Shown here: positions 40,260-49,334 of the stretch, piece after piece
Position numbering within the stretch: the stretch's first letter is position 1
Layout: each line of letters begins with the position of its first letter
Source: a candidate division FCPU426 bacterium
GTDB taxonomy: Bacteria > Oederibacteriota > Muellerivitia > Muellerivitales > Muellerivitaceae
Assembly (NCBI GenBank): GCA_963738405.1
Contig: CAVTWJ010000009.1
Coordinates: forward strand, 192,001-256,000
Reading direction: 5' to 3'
Length of the DNA: 64,000 nt
Made by a program: the position numbers and the translations under genes
The notes under the pieces: generated by a model
Database searches by the model: none
Told to the model about the DNA's origin: nothing
Seen by the model: the letters and a program-made list of their open reading frames with translations, nothing else

Positions 40260-41030
40260 ATGGAACTGAATAAATACCTGGCTTTGCTTTTGATCGCGGG
40301 GCTTACGGTGGCCGGATGTGGAAAAAGCGACGATGATGATTTGACGGCGGGCGGCGGAAGTTCAGCCGGTTCCTCGGCCTCGGCGGTCATGGGTACCGCC
40401 TCAGTCTCTGGAAAAGTCACATTAACCGGCAAGGCGCCCCAGCAGGCAGTGATTAGTTTCGAGGCGGACCCGGTTTGCAAGGCCCAACACACCGGAACCA
40501 CCTATGACGAAACGGTCGTGGCGGACGCCAAGGGCGATTTGGCCAACGTGCTGGTTTATGTCAAGGAAGGTGCAGGCAACTATCCCGCCCCCTCCACCGG
40601 CGTGACCCTTCTTCAAAAGGGCTGCCAGTATCACCCGCATGTTTTTGGAATCCAGGTTAACCAGCCACTGGAAATCATGAACGGCGATAATACCCTTCAC
40701 AACGTGCACGCCATGCCGGTCATCAACGACGCCTTCAACGTGGGCCAGCCCAGCCAGGGAATGGTGACGGAAAAGAAATTCACCAAGCCGGAGATGCCCG
40801 TCAAGTTCAAATGCGATGTGCATAGCTGGATGCATTGCATGACAGGGGTCTTTACCAATCCCTTTTTCTCTGTTTCGGACACCGATGGCAGCTTCAAAAT
40901 CAGCGGCCTGCCTGCCGGGTCCTACACCTTGGTAGCCTACCAGGAAAAATATGGCGAATCGGCCCCGCAGAAGATTGATATCAAGGATGGGGAAGCCAAG
41001 AGCGTCAATTTCACCTTCACAGCTCAGTAA
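40260..41030 (+). CDS. Lipoprotein with cupredoxin-like and carboxypeptidase-regulatory-like domains
   Basis: Lipobox VAGC; QKGCQYHPHV, LHNVH, KCDVHSWM; TDGSFKISGLPAGSYTL. Confidence 0.78.
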   Translation: MELNKYLALLLIAGLTVAGCGKSDDDDLTAGGGSSAGSSASAVMGTASVSGKVTLTGKAPQQAVISFEADPVCKAQHTGTTYDETVVADAKGDLANVLVYVKEGAGNYPAPSTGVTLLQKGCQYHPHVFGIQVNQPLEIMNGDNTLHNVHAMPVINDAFNVGQPSQGMVTEKKFTKPEMPVKFKCDVHSWMHCMTGVFTNPFFSVSDTDGSFKISGLPAGSYTLVAYQEKYGESAPQKIDIKDGEAKSVNFTFTAQ

Positions 41031-41057
41031 TTTCCCGTAAAATCTAAGTAGTTTCTT

Positions 41058-41088
41058 AAGGCTCCGGCTTGATACCGGGGCCTTTTTT
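41058..41088 (+). terminator. Rho-independent terminator
   Basis: Stem AAGGCTCCGG / CCGGGGCCTT (one G-U pair), 7-nt loop, run of T. Confidence 0.7.
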
Positions 41089-41111
41089 CTGGGTTCTGCC
41101 CGGAGGTTTTC

Positions 41112-42038
41112 TTGCCCCCTGAACAAAAAATCCATTACAACCGACCCCTTCACCGATACGTTTTCGTGACGGCGGGCTGCACCTTCTTTTTGGTGTTGGC
41201 GGGAGCCCTGGTCACCAGCACAGGATCAAGTCTTTCGGTGCCGGATTGGCCCCTTTCCTTCGGTACCTTTTTTCCCCACATGACCGGCGGAGTGTTTTTT
41301 GAACACGGCCACCGCCTGGTTGCGGGTACGGTGACCCTCCTGACTTTGGGGCAGGCCCTATTTGCCCAAAAAGTCGAACAGCGGGGCTGGGTCAAGGTAT
41401 TGGCATGGGTTTCGGTCGGTGCGGTATTGGTTCAGGCGGTTCTAGGCGGGGTTACCGTTCTCATGCATTTACCCACGGCTGTTTCCGTCGCCCATGCGGG
41501 TCTTGCCCAATTGTTCCTTTGTTTAAACGTCTCCATGGCCCTAGTGACCTCGAAATCATGGATATGGGATCATCCCTCTCGGCTTTACTTTAACCACGTA
41601 AGAAACATTTCTCCCTGGATCTTGGGCGCGGTTTACCTGCAGATCCTCATCGGCGCAGTGATGCGCCATAGCGGGGCGGGGTTGGCCATCCCTGATTTTC
41701 CCACCTGTTTTGGCGGGTTGATCCCCCTGGACTGGACCTTTCCCATCCTTATCAACTATCTTCACCGGCTGGGGGCACTGGCGGTTTTAGGGCTGCTCAC
41801 CCGGATTTCTTTTCAGGTTTGTTACCGGTACCCCGAGGAAAAGTCCCTTTTTTGGCCTGCGGCCTTCGCGGGTTTTCTGGTATGGGTCCAGTGTTTTTTG
41901 GGGATGATGGTGGTGGTAACCCAAAAAGACGTCATCCCCACATCGGTTCATGTCCTCACGGGCGCGGGGGTTCTGGCGAGTACTCTCATTTTGACCTTGA
42001 ACAGTTTGCGTCTTTTTAAGCCGGCGGTAAAAACATGA
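41112..42038 (+). CDS. ctaA: Heme A synthase (COX15/CtaA family)
   Basis: GALVTSTGS..VPDWP, FEHGHRL, HAGLA, IPDFP, YLHRLGA, SVHV; about eight TM segments. Confidence 0.9.
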   Translation: MPPEQKIHYNRPLHRYVFVTAGCTFFLVLAGALVTSTGSSLSVPDWPLSFGTFFPHMTGGVFFEHGHRLVAGTVTLLTLGQALFAQKVEQRGWVKVLAWVSVGAVLVQAVLGGVTVLMHLPTAVSVAHAGLAQLFLCLNVSMALVTSKSWIWDHPSRLYFNHVRNISPWILGAVYLQILIGAVMRHSGAGLAIPDFPTCFGGLIPLDWTFPILINYLHRLGALAVLGLLTRISFQVCYRYPEEKSLFWPAAFAGFLVWVQCFLGMMVVVTQKDVIPTSVHVLTGAGVLASTLILTLNSLRLFKPAVKT

Positions 42039-42895
42039 AGAAAAACCCCTTCGGCGATTTCCTTTCCCTTACCAAGCCCAGGCTTAATCTGCTGGCGCTC
42101 TTAACCAATCTGGCGGGTTATCTTTTGGGATCCACCGGAGGGACTTCCTGGCGTCTGCTTTTTTTCTCCTTGGCGGGGGCTACCCTTTTGGCGGCGGGGT
42201 GCGGCGCCCTGAACCAATGGCTTGAGGTGGATGCCGATAAAAGGATGAAGCGGACAAAAAAACGGCCCCTGCCCGCAGGGAGACTTCCGCTTCATCAGGC
42301 CTTTTGGTTCGGCGCGATTCTCTCGGGAGCCGGCGTCCTTCTACTCTTATGGCAAGTGAACGAATTGACAGCTTTTTTAGGCCTTTGCGCTTTTGTAAGC
42401 TATGTGCTGCTGTACACCCCCTTAAAAAAGATCACCTCCCTTTGCACGATCGTGGGGGCGGTTCCCGGCGCCCTGCCGCCTCTCATGGGTTACGCCGCCG
42501 CCACAGGGACCACAGGCTTGGAAGGCTGGACACTTTTTTGCATCCTCTTCTTCTGGCAAATGCCCCACTTCCTGGCGATTGGTTGGATCTACCGGGATGA
42601 TTACGAACGTGCCGGGTTTCCCATGCTTTCCGTACGGGATCCCAAGGGCGAATTGACCGGGCTGGTAGCGGTGGTTTACGCCCTGGCTTTATTGCCGGTT
42701 TCCTTATTGCCGGTATACCTGCGCATGACGGGTCCCATATATTTTTGGATCGCCCTTGTGTTAAGTTTAACCTTCGTGGGGTTCGCGGCGGCCTTGGCCA
42801 AAAACCGAACCCTGGCTCAGGCTCGGCGCCTTTTTTGGGCCTCGATCCTTTACCTACCTTTTCTGTTCACCGCGATGGTTCTTAACAAGGGGTAA
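42035..42895 (+). CDS. ctaB: Protoheme IX farnesyltransferase (heme O synthase)
   Basis: LTKPR, DKRMKRTKKRPLPAG, YTPLKK, GAVPGALPPLMG, FFWQMPHF, DYERAGFPML. Confidence 0.95.
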   Translation: MKKNPFGDFLSLTKPRLNLLALLTNLAGYLLGSTGGTSWRLLFFSLAGATLLAAGCGALNQWLEVDADKRMKRTKKRPLPAGRLPLHQAFWFGAILSGAGVLLLLWQVNELTAFLGLCAFVSYVLLYTPLKKITSLCTIVGAVPGALPPLMGYAAATGTTGLEGWTLFCILFFWQMPHFLAIGWIYRDDYERAGFPMLSVRDPKGELTGLVAVVYALALLPVSLLPVYLRMTGPIYFWIALVLSLTFVGFAAALAKNRTLAQARRLFWASILYLPFLFTAMVLNKG

Positions 42896-42898
42896 ACC

Positions 42899-43828
42899 TT
42901 GCCGACACTGCTGGATGTAAAAGACCTTTCGTTCAAATACGGCGATAAAACCGCCCTCAAGGGCCTTTCCTTTTCGGTCGCGAAGGGCGAAATCTTTGGG
43001 TTCCTCGGCCCCAATGGGGGGGGAAAATCCACCACCTTTAAACTGCTCTCAACCCTCTATCCATGCGAACCGGGCAAAATCAGCCTTTTTGATTTGGACT
43101 TGGCCCGAGACACCCAAGCCATCAGGGCAAGGATGGGCATCGTGTTTCAATCTCCAGCCCTCGACAAAAAGTTAACGGTTCGGGAAAACTTGAAACACCA
43201 GGGGCATTTATATGGGTTAACGGGCGACAAGCTCGAAAAACGCATCGACCGAGACCTTGACCGGCTGAGTCTTAAGGACCGCCAAGGGGAAAGGGTCGAA
43301 ACCCTCTCTGGAGGCCTTCAGCGACGGGTGGAGCTGGCCAAAGCCCTGGTAAACGATCCCGAACTCATGATTTTGGACGAACCCTCAACTGGACTCGACC
43401 CCTCCGCCCGAAAGGAATTTTGGGGTCACCTGGAAAATTTGAGGAAAAGCCAGGGCATGACGGTTTTGGTGACAACCCATTATTTGGAGGAAGCCGACCG
43501 CTGTGATCGCCTTTTGATCCTTCACCAAGGGGAAATGGTGGCCCTGGGAAACCCGGAAGAGCTCAAAGCCTCGATTGGGGGGGAAGTGCTTCGTGTCCGC
43601 GCAAGGAACGCCGAATCCCTTCAAACCGCTCTGTTGGATAAATTAAAAATAAAGTCTGAGCTGATCGCGGGGGTTTTGCAGGTGGAAAGCCCCAAGGCCC
43701 ACAATTTGGTGGCGCCGATTTTGGAGAGTTTTCCGAATGAGGTGCTTTCGCTCACTGTTGGTCTGCCCACCCTTGAGGACGTATTTATCCACAAAACGGG
43801 CCGGACCTTTGCCGAGGATAAAGATTAA
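42899..43828 (+). CDS. ABC-2 type transporter ATP-binding protein
   Basis: GPNGGGKST, LSGG, ILDEPSTGLDP, TTHYLEEA. Confidence 0.93.
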   Translation: MPTLLDVKDLSFKYGDKTALKGLSFSVAKGEIFGFLGPNGGGKSTTFKLLSTLYPCEPGKISLFDLDLARDTQAIRARMGIVFQSPALDKKLTVRENLKHQGHLYGLTGDKLEKRIDRDLDRLSLKDRQGERVETLSGGLQRRVELAKALVNDPELMILDEPSTGLDPSARKEFWGHLENLRKSQGMTVLVTTHYLEEADRCDRLLILHQGEMVALGNPEELKASIGGEVLRVRARNAESLQTALLDKLKIKSELIAGVLQVESPKAHNLVAPILESFPNEVLSLTVGLPTLEDVFIHKTGRTFAEDKD

Positions 43829-43857
43829 CGTATGCCGGACACCAAGGAGATAACCTC

Positions 43858-44619
43858 ATGACCTTTTGGACCGCGACCTATACCCTTTGGCAGAGGGAAC
43901 TGGTGCGCTTTTACCGCCAGCCCAGCCGGGTGGTGGGGGCGGTGGGAACGGCATTTCTCTTTTGGCTTGTTTTGGGTTCGGGTGTGCCCCAGGTCGATTA
44001 CCGGGCCTATTTTTTTCCTGGGACACTCCTTATGAGCGTCATGTTCACCTGTATCTTTTCCAACGCATCGGTCATTGAGGATCGTCAGGCGGGTTTTTTA
44101 CAATCAGTCATGACGGCTCCTGTTTCCCGGGGTGCCATCGTCATGGGCAAAATTCTAGGCGGTTCCACCCTCTCGACCCTGCAGGGTTTAATTCTTCTTC
44201 CCATCGGGTTTTTCGTAGGGGTTTCCTTTTCTCCATTGCCGCTTTTAGGCGCGGTGGCTTGTCTATTCTTGGTTTCTTTCGTTATGAACGCTGCGGGGTT
44301 TTGGCTGGCCTGGAAAATTGAATCGATCCCGGGCTTTCATACCCTTATGAACCTGGTTTTGCTTCCTCTTTGGATGGCCTCTGGCGCGGTATTTCCTTCC
44401 ACGGGTTCGGGTTTCATGAAAACCTTCATGTTAATCAATCCCTTAACCTATGGGGTGGCTGGATTGCGGCAGGGGCTTTATCCCAACGCGGCCTATCCCG
44501 ATCTTCCTTCCATGGGTCTTTGCCTATTGATGCTGGGTCTTTCTGGGCTTTTCTTCTATGCCGTCTCCTCCTTTGCCGTGGCCCAAAGTGGAATAAGAAA
44601 AATAAGGAAAAAGCCATGA
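43858..44619 (+). CDS. ABC-2 type transporter permease
   Basis: RELVRFYRQPSR, FFPG, IEDRQAGFL..APVSR..GK, SGAVFP, NPLTY. Confidence 0.9.
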   Translation: MTFWTATYTLWQRELVRFYRQPSRVVGAVGTAFLFWLVLGSGVPQVDYRAYFFPGTLLMSVMFTCIFSNASVIEDRQAGFLQSVMTAPVSRGAIVMGKILGGSTLSTLQGLILLPIGFFVGVSFSPLPLLGAVACLFLVSFVMNAAGFWLAWKIESIPGFHTLMNLVLLPLWMASGAVFPSTGSGFMKTFMLINPLTYGVAGLRQGLYPNAAYPDLPSMGLCLLMLGLSGLFFYAVSSFAVAQSGIRKIRKKP

Positions 44620-45242
44620 AGGAAAAGCAGGGCTGGGCCATCTGGATCGTCATGATCCTGGGGATCGGCCTCTTGGCGGCCTGGGGCTTTAGGGTTTATC
44701 AACTCCGTACTTCTACCCGCTTCTTAAAACCGGTCATGTGCGCGCCGAATTTTTCATTTACCGCCCAGGACGGAAACACCTTTTCTTCCAATGATTTGAA
44801 GGGCAAGGTTTGGGTGGCGGATTTTATCTTCACCCGCTGCGCCGGGTCTTGTCCCATGCTCTCGGGTCAAATGCGGTTGTTGGCCCAGCAATGGAAGGGT
44901 GACGATCAACTTCGACTGGTAACCTTTACCGTTGATCCGGATTTCGACAAGGTTCCAATTATGGCGGCTTACGCCCGAAATTTCGGAGCCGACTCCAAAC
45001 AATGGATATTCTTGACCGGAACCAAAAAAGACATTTATGAAGTGATTGGGCAAGGTTTCAAACTGAGCGCGGCCGAGGACCCCCAAGGGACTCCGGGTTT
45101 CGAGTTTATCCATACCACCCGAATGGTGCTGGTGGACGGAGAGGGAAAGATCCGCGGACTCTATGACGGTGAAGACGAAACCGACACGCAGAATCTCCAA
45201 CGGGACCTGAAATACTTGCTAACAACCTGGGGGAAGGTATGA
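44616..45242 (+). CDS. SCO1/SenC family copper chaperone
   Basis: FIFTRCAGSCP, TVDP, FIHTTRMVLVD; ATG at 44616 overlaps the upstream TGA. Confidence 0.92.
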   Translation: MKEKQGWAIWIVMILGIGLLAAWGFRVYQLRTSTRFLKPVMCAPNFSFTAQDGNTFSSNDLKGKVWVADFIFTRCAGSCPMLSGQMRLLAQQWKGDDQLRLVTFTVDPDFDKVPIMAAYARNFGADSKQWIFLTGTKKDIYEVIGQGFKLSAAEDPQGTPGFEFIHTTRMVLVDGEGKIRGLYDGEDETDTQNLQRDLKYLLTTWGKV

Positions 45243-45673
45243 ACATGGCGCATTTTCCAGCCTTAATCGCTTCCTTGAATGGACTCAGCGCTTTTTTACT
45301 TCTTTTGGGTTACGGATTTATCAAAAATAAAAAACTCTTGGCCCACAAGACCTGCATGGGCCTGGCTTTCCTTTCTTCTGTCGTGTTTTTAGGCTGTTAC
45401 CTCTATTACCATGCCCATGTAGGGGTGAATCATTTCACGGGCCAGGGCTGGGTCCGGCCCCTCTATTTTTTTATTTTGACCACCCACACGGTTTTGGCGG
45501 CCATTGTTCCTATACTTGCGATCTGGACCCTTTCTCGGGCGCTGAGGGGCGAGTTCGAGAAACACCGCCGTATCGCCCGCATTACCTTTCCCATATGGCT
45601 TTATGTATCGGTGACAGGGGTTGTGGTTTATTTCATGCTTTATGTTCTTTATCAACCGGCGATTTCTGTCTAA
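45239..45673 (+). CDS. DUF420 (CtaM/YozB-like) membrane protein
   Basis: LNG..AHKTCM, YLYYH, ILTTHTVLA, HRRIARITFPIWLYVSVTGVVVY. Confidence 0.9.
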   Translation: MNMAHFPALIASLNGLSAFLLLLGYGFIKNKKLLAHKTCMGLAFLSSVVFLGCYLYYHAHVGVNHFTGQGWVRPLYFFILTTHTVLAAIVPILAIWTLSRALRGEFEKHRRIARITFPIWLYVSVTGVVVYFMLYVLYQPAISV

Positions 45674-45696
45674 ATGAAGGGTAGGAGGTTCGCAGA

Positions 45697-46119
45697 ATGA
45701 ACGACCAAGAGATCGAAAAAATTGTAAAAGAGGCTAAAACCATCGCGGTTTACGGCATGCAAGATGAGAAAAAGATGGCCCGGCCCGCCTATACCATTCC
45801 CGCTATGTTGAAGGGAAAGGGATACGAGATTTATCCCGTGAATCCGCTGATCGTTTCTTCCCTAGGCCTTGAGGCCTATGGGAAATTGGCCGACCTTCCG
45901 GTCAAGCCCGACATCCTGGATGTTTTCCGAAAAAGCGAGTTGATTCCTGAAGTAACCGATGAGATTTTGGCCATGCCAGAGGAAAAACGCCCCAAGACCG
46001 TTTGGCTCCAGACTGGGATTACCCATCCCCAATCGGAAGCCAGGCTGGAGGTTGAAGGGATTCAGGTGGTCAGCGACCAATGCCTGGGGGTTTGGGCGGC
46101 TAGGGTAAAGTCCCGTTAA
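45697..46119 (+). CDS. CoA-binding protein (YccU-like)
   Basis: KTIAVYG, YEIYPVNP, DILDVFR, VWLQTGI, VSDQC. Confidence 0.88.
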   Translation: MNDQEIEKIVKEAKTIAVYGMQDEKKMARPAYTIPAMLKGKGYEIYPVNPLIVSSLGLEAYGKLADLPVKPDILDVFRKSELIPEVTDEILAMPEEKRPKTVWLQTGITHPQSEARLEVEGIQVVSDQCLGVWAARVKSR

Positions 46120-46122
46120 AAG

Positions 46123-46716
46123 ATGAAAAAGGTTAAGTCGGGATCCAAACTAGGCTTCCTGATTCGAGAAATTTGTTTAACCATGCTTTTTCTTGCCGGT
46201 TTATTTTCATTCACGTGTGAAATTTTCCCCGCCCAGACACCCACCTTTCAGTTATCCAGTGATTCCTTTCAGGCAGGCAGGGAAATTCCACCCGCTTATA
46301 CCTGCCAGGGACAAAGTATTTCACCCGAACTCCATTGGACGGGAGTTCCCCAAAAAACAAAGTCATTCGCCCTTATTTGTGATGATCCTGACGCTCCAGG
46401 CCGAATCTGGGTGCATTGGGTCATCTACAACATTCCTATCGAAAAAGAAGTGTTCAAAACGACTTTCAAGCTCTTGGAGGCCTTTCCCAAGCAAGAAATC
46501 ACGGAAAAGGGAATCCGGCAGGGAATCAATGATTTTGGGAGAATCGGCTATGACGGGCCTTGCCCTCCCAACGGCAACCACCGCTACTATTTCAAGCTTT
46601 ACGCTCTGGATTCGCTTCTCAACTTAAAACCAGGCTCCAGCAAGCTTCAGCTTTTGGGAGCCATGAAGGGCCATATAATCGCTGAGACCCAACTGATGGG
46701 AACCTTCGGGAAATAA
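46123..46716 (+). CDS. YbhB/YbcL family PEBP (Raf kinase inhibitor-like) protein
   Basis: YTCQG..SPEL.W, DDPDAP..WVHWVIYNIP, GYDGPCPP..HRYYFKLYALD. Confidence 0.93.
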   Translation: MKKVKSGSKLGFLIREICLTMLFLAGLFSFTCEIFPAQTPTFQLSSDSFQAGREIPPAYTCQGQSISPELHWTGVPQKTKSFALICDDPDAPGRIWVHWVIYNIPIEKEVFKTTFKLLEAFPKQEITEKGIRQGINDFGRIGYDGPCPPNGNHRYYFKLYALDSLLNLKPGSSKLQLLGAMKGHIIAETQLMGTFGK

Positions 46717-46731
46717 TAATCGGGAGTCAAT

Positions 46732-47349
46732 ATGGGTCTGGGTGGAATCATTGTATTGCTTTTAGTTTTGGGTATAGGAATCTATATTCTGGCGGTCGAA
46801 AAGCCTTTTCAAAAAAGAGAATACCTTACTGATTTAGACCTTCCCAAGCCGCCAGTCATCCTGGCCCCGGCCCCGCCGGGCATGGTGGAAGCTCTAACAC
46901 CACCTTGGCAAAAAGAACTCAATCAAAAGTTAAAGGATGAAGGTTTTCGGTATGTGGGAGATTTTTCATACGCGGCTCTGAATTTTTTTTGGGCCCGAAC
47001 CTTTATTTCGCCCGATTCCAGGTCTGCCCTATTGTTGGTGAATTGGGTGGAGGGCAAGGCGGGGGGGAAGGTCATTATTCCCAACCTGGAAATTTATTCC
47101 TTCGATGGAAATTCGTTCATTCTAACAGCCTGTTCCCAAGACGGCGCGGCGCGGCTCCTGACGGGCGCGAAGCGCCCGTCGAAAGAACAGCTTTCGCTCC
47201 ATTTGAAAGCGGTTTTTGCTGAAAGCGCGGTAAGGCCCATCTTGGACGAGCACCAGCGAAGGCTCGCGGACTGGGAAGGACGGGGCGCGAAAATTAGGGA
47301 GCTGACACCTTCCAATATTCTCCCAAGCCTTTCCAAAATTTATTCCTAA
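46732..47349 (+). CDS. Hypothetical membrane-anchored protein
   Basis: GGAG RBS, N-terminal TM helix, 205 aa, co-oriented with neighbours; no recognisable motif. Confidence 0.6.
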   Translation: MGLGGIIVLLLVLGIGIYILAVEKPFQKREYLTDLDLPKPPVILAPAPPGMVEALTPPWQKELNQKLKDEGFRYVGDFSYAALNFFWARTFISPDSRSALLLVNWVEGKAGGKVIIPNLEIYSFDGNSFILTACSQDGAARLLTGAKRPSKEQLSLHLKAVFAESAVRPILDEHQRRLADWEGRGAKIRELTPSNILPSLSKIYS

Positions 47350-47507
47350 CATTTTGTTTAAACGTTCATTCTTTGTCTTCTGGATGTCCGAGAGATAAAT
47401 GGGTGAATGCCCGAAACTCAAGAAGGATGAAAGATGGACGTTAGGTTGAAGCGTGGTATCTTTTAATCTCACGGGTTTTGAATTGAACGCCTTAGGGGAG
47501 CGGCTGA

Positions 47508-47993
47508 ATGCGGCAAAAGACGGGATGGCTGGAGAAGCATTTTCGTGGATCCGTTCAATCGATTGTGGAAGTGAAATACCACCGGGCCAAGGTCAAAAAA
47601 ACGCCTCGAAAAAAACTGCTGAGCCGTTCGGCAACTCCCCTTTCGGACGACAACCTTTATTTTGTCATAGATAAAAAAGTCTCTTATGGGGAACTCTACT
47701 TGACTGGGGATGATGTTTTTAGCCCCAAGGAAATTATCGAGCTTCATCTATTCATTTCACGGCATAAAACGAAAATGCGGGTTTTGGCAAGGGTGTTAAG
47801 AACGGAAACCTTTTTTGAACTGAAACGGCCCATGTTTCGGGCGGAGATCCTTTTTGCGGCTGTGAATAGAGAAGATTTTTTGAGAATTCAGGCTTTGGAA
47901 AAAGCCAGTCAAATGGAAGGGCCTAAGACAAGACCCGAGCCTCCCACACTTCCATCGGGTAACAAAATGACCCTTACCTTTAGGCGAAGTTAA
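47508..47993 (+). CDS. Hypothetical protein, degenerate PilZ-like domain
   Basis: KVSYGELYL..IELHLFI..RVLARVLR..RAEILF..V..ED follows the PilZ barrel pattern; GGGGAG RBS. Confidence 0.45.
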   Translation: MRQKTGWLEKHFRGSVQSIVEVKYHRAKVKKTPRKKLLSRSATPLSDDNLYFVIDKKVSYGELYLTGDDVFSPKEIIELHLFISRHKTKMRVLARVLRTETFFELKRPMFRAEILFAAVNREDFLRIQALEKASQMEGPKTRPEPPTLPSGNKMTLTFRRS

Positions 47994-48038
47994 GTCTTTT
48001 AACTGCCCGGCTTCTTGTCGTTTCCTATGAATCCCATA

Positions 48039-48072
48039 TTGACCCTACCTGAAAGGTATACTAAAGTATACC
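48039..48072 (+). promoter_or_regulatory. dinB promoter with an overlapping palindromic operator (candidate LexA box)
   Basis: TTGACC-N17-TAAAGT; perfect inverted repeat GGTATACT-AA-AGTATACC at 48055-48072. Confidence 0.6.
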
Positions 48073-48073
48073 A

Positions 48074-49312
48074 ATGACCCGGCTCATCGCCCATGTGGAT
48101 ATGGATTCCTTTTTTGTTTCCTGCGAAAGACTGGTAAACCCAGCTCTCAATGGAAAACCCGTCATTGTGGGGGGCCGCAAGGGCGAAAGGGGGGTCGTTG
48201 CCTCCGCCTCCTATGAAGTCCGCAAATTCGGGGTCAAATCGGGTATGCCGCTCATTACCGCCGAAAGACTCTGTCCTCAGGCGGTTTTTGTAACAGGACA
48301 ACACAAGCTTTATTCGAAATACTCCCGCAAGGTTTACGTGCTTCTTCGCCGCGTCGCCCCTCTGGTGGAATACGCCTCCATCGACGAGTTTTATCTCGAT
48401 TTCACAGGCTGTGAGGAGCTTTACGGCAACGACCCTTCCGCTATGGCGAAAAGGGTGAAGGAAAGTATTTTTAAACGCACCGGGTTGTCCTGTTCGGTAT
48501 CCATCGCTTCCAACAAGTACGTGGCCAAGATCGCGGGTAAAACCGTTAAGCCGTCCTCCGGTTCTCAACAAGGCTGGATTATCGTGCCTGAGGGCGGGGA
48601 ACAAGCTTTTCTCGCCAATCTTCCCATTGAGAGGCTCCATGGTGCGGGTGAGAAAACACAGCCCCGCTTGAAGGCCTTGGGGCTGAATAAAATCGGGGAC
48701 ATTCTCAGCCTGCCCCAAAAGAAGCTTGAGCAGGCCTTCGGGCCTTCGGCGGGCCATTGGCTTTATGAGGCCGCGCGGGGCATGGATGATTCGCCCGTGA
48801 CGCCCTACCACCTTTCCAAAAGCGTGGGTCACGAGACCACCTTTGATAAGGATTCAGATGATCCGGTTTTAATCCGGCAGACCCTAGCCTGGCTCTCGGA
48901 AAAAAGCTGTTACCGCTTGAGACGCCTTGGGAAGAAAGCCCGGACGGTCACCTTGAAACTGCGCTTCGACGATTTTCAGACCCTAATCCGGGCCAAGACC
49001 CTGCCCGCAACCCACGATGACGCAGTGGTTTTGAGGGTGGCCGAAGACCTTTTTAAGGAATCCCATAATCGAAAACGAAAAATCCGTCTCTTGGGGGTTT
49101 CCCTCTCAAAGTTTGAGTCGGGTGGTCAGGAGGATTGGCTTTTCCCGGAAATGAACAATCCACGCAAGGAAGCTCTTTTTAAGACCATGGATGTCATCAA
49201 ACGAAAATACGGTTTTAACAAGCTTGGAAAGGCCGCTTCCCTGGAAGGAACGAGTAGGGCAAAAAAAGGAGAAGGGGGGCCTTCTTCATTCGAGAAACCA
49301 AAGATACGTTGA
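48074..49312 (+). CDS. dinB: DNA polymerase IV
   Basis: HVDMDSFF, VVASASYEVRKFGV.SGMP, ASIDEFYLD, KSVGHETTF, RLLGVSLS. Confidence 0.96.
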   Translation: MTRLIAHVDMDSFFVSCERLVNPALNGKPVIVGGRKGERGVVASASYEVRKFGVKSGMPLITAERLCPQAVFVTGQHKLYSKYSRKVYVLLRRVAPLVEYASIDEFYLDFTGCEELYGNDPSAMAKRVKESIFKRTGLSCSVSIASNKYVAKIAGKTVKPSSGSQQGWIIVPEGGEQAFLANLPIERLHGAGEKTQPRLKALGLNKIGDILSLPQKKLEQAFGPSAGHWLYEAARGMDDSPVTPYHLSKSVGHETTFDKDSDDPVLIRQTLAWLSEKSCYRLRRLGKKARTVTLKLRFDDFQTLIRAKTLPATHDDAVVLRVAEDLFKESHNRKRKIRLLGVSLSKFESGGQEDWLFPEMNNPRKEALFKTMDVIKRKYGFNKLGKAASLEGTSRAKKGEGGPSSFEKPKIR

Positions 49313-49334
49313 CCGGGGTCGGATTAAAACAGGA

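Noticed and set aside
44370..44615. N-terminal extension of the SCO ORF
   Set aside because: It overlaps the ABC permease; the ATGA-coupled start at 44616 fits better.
48074..49312. dinB as a marker of a mobile element or mutagenesis cassette
   Set aside because: No integrase, transposase, imuA/B or flanking repeats nearby.
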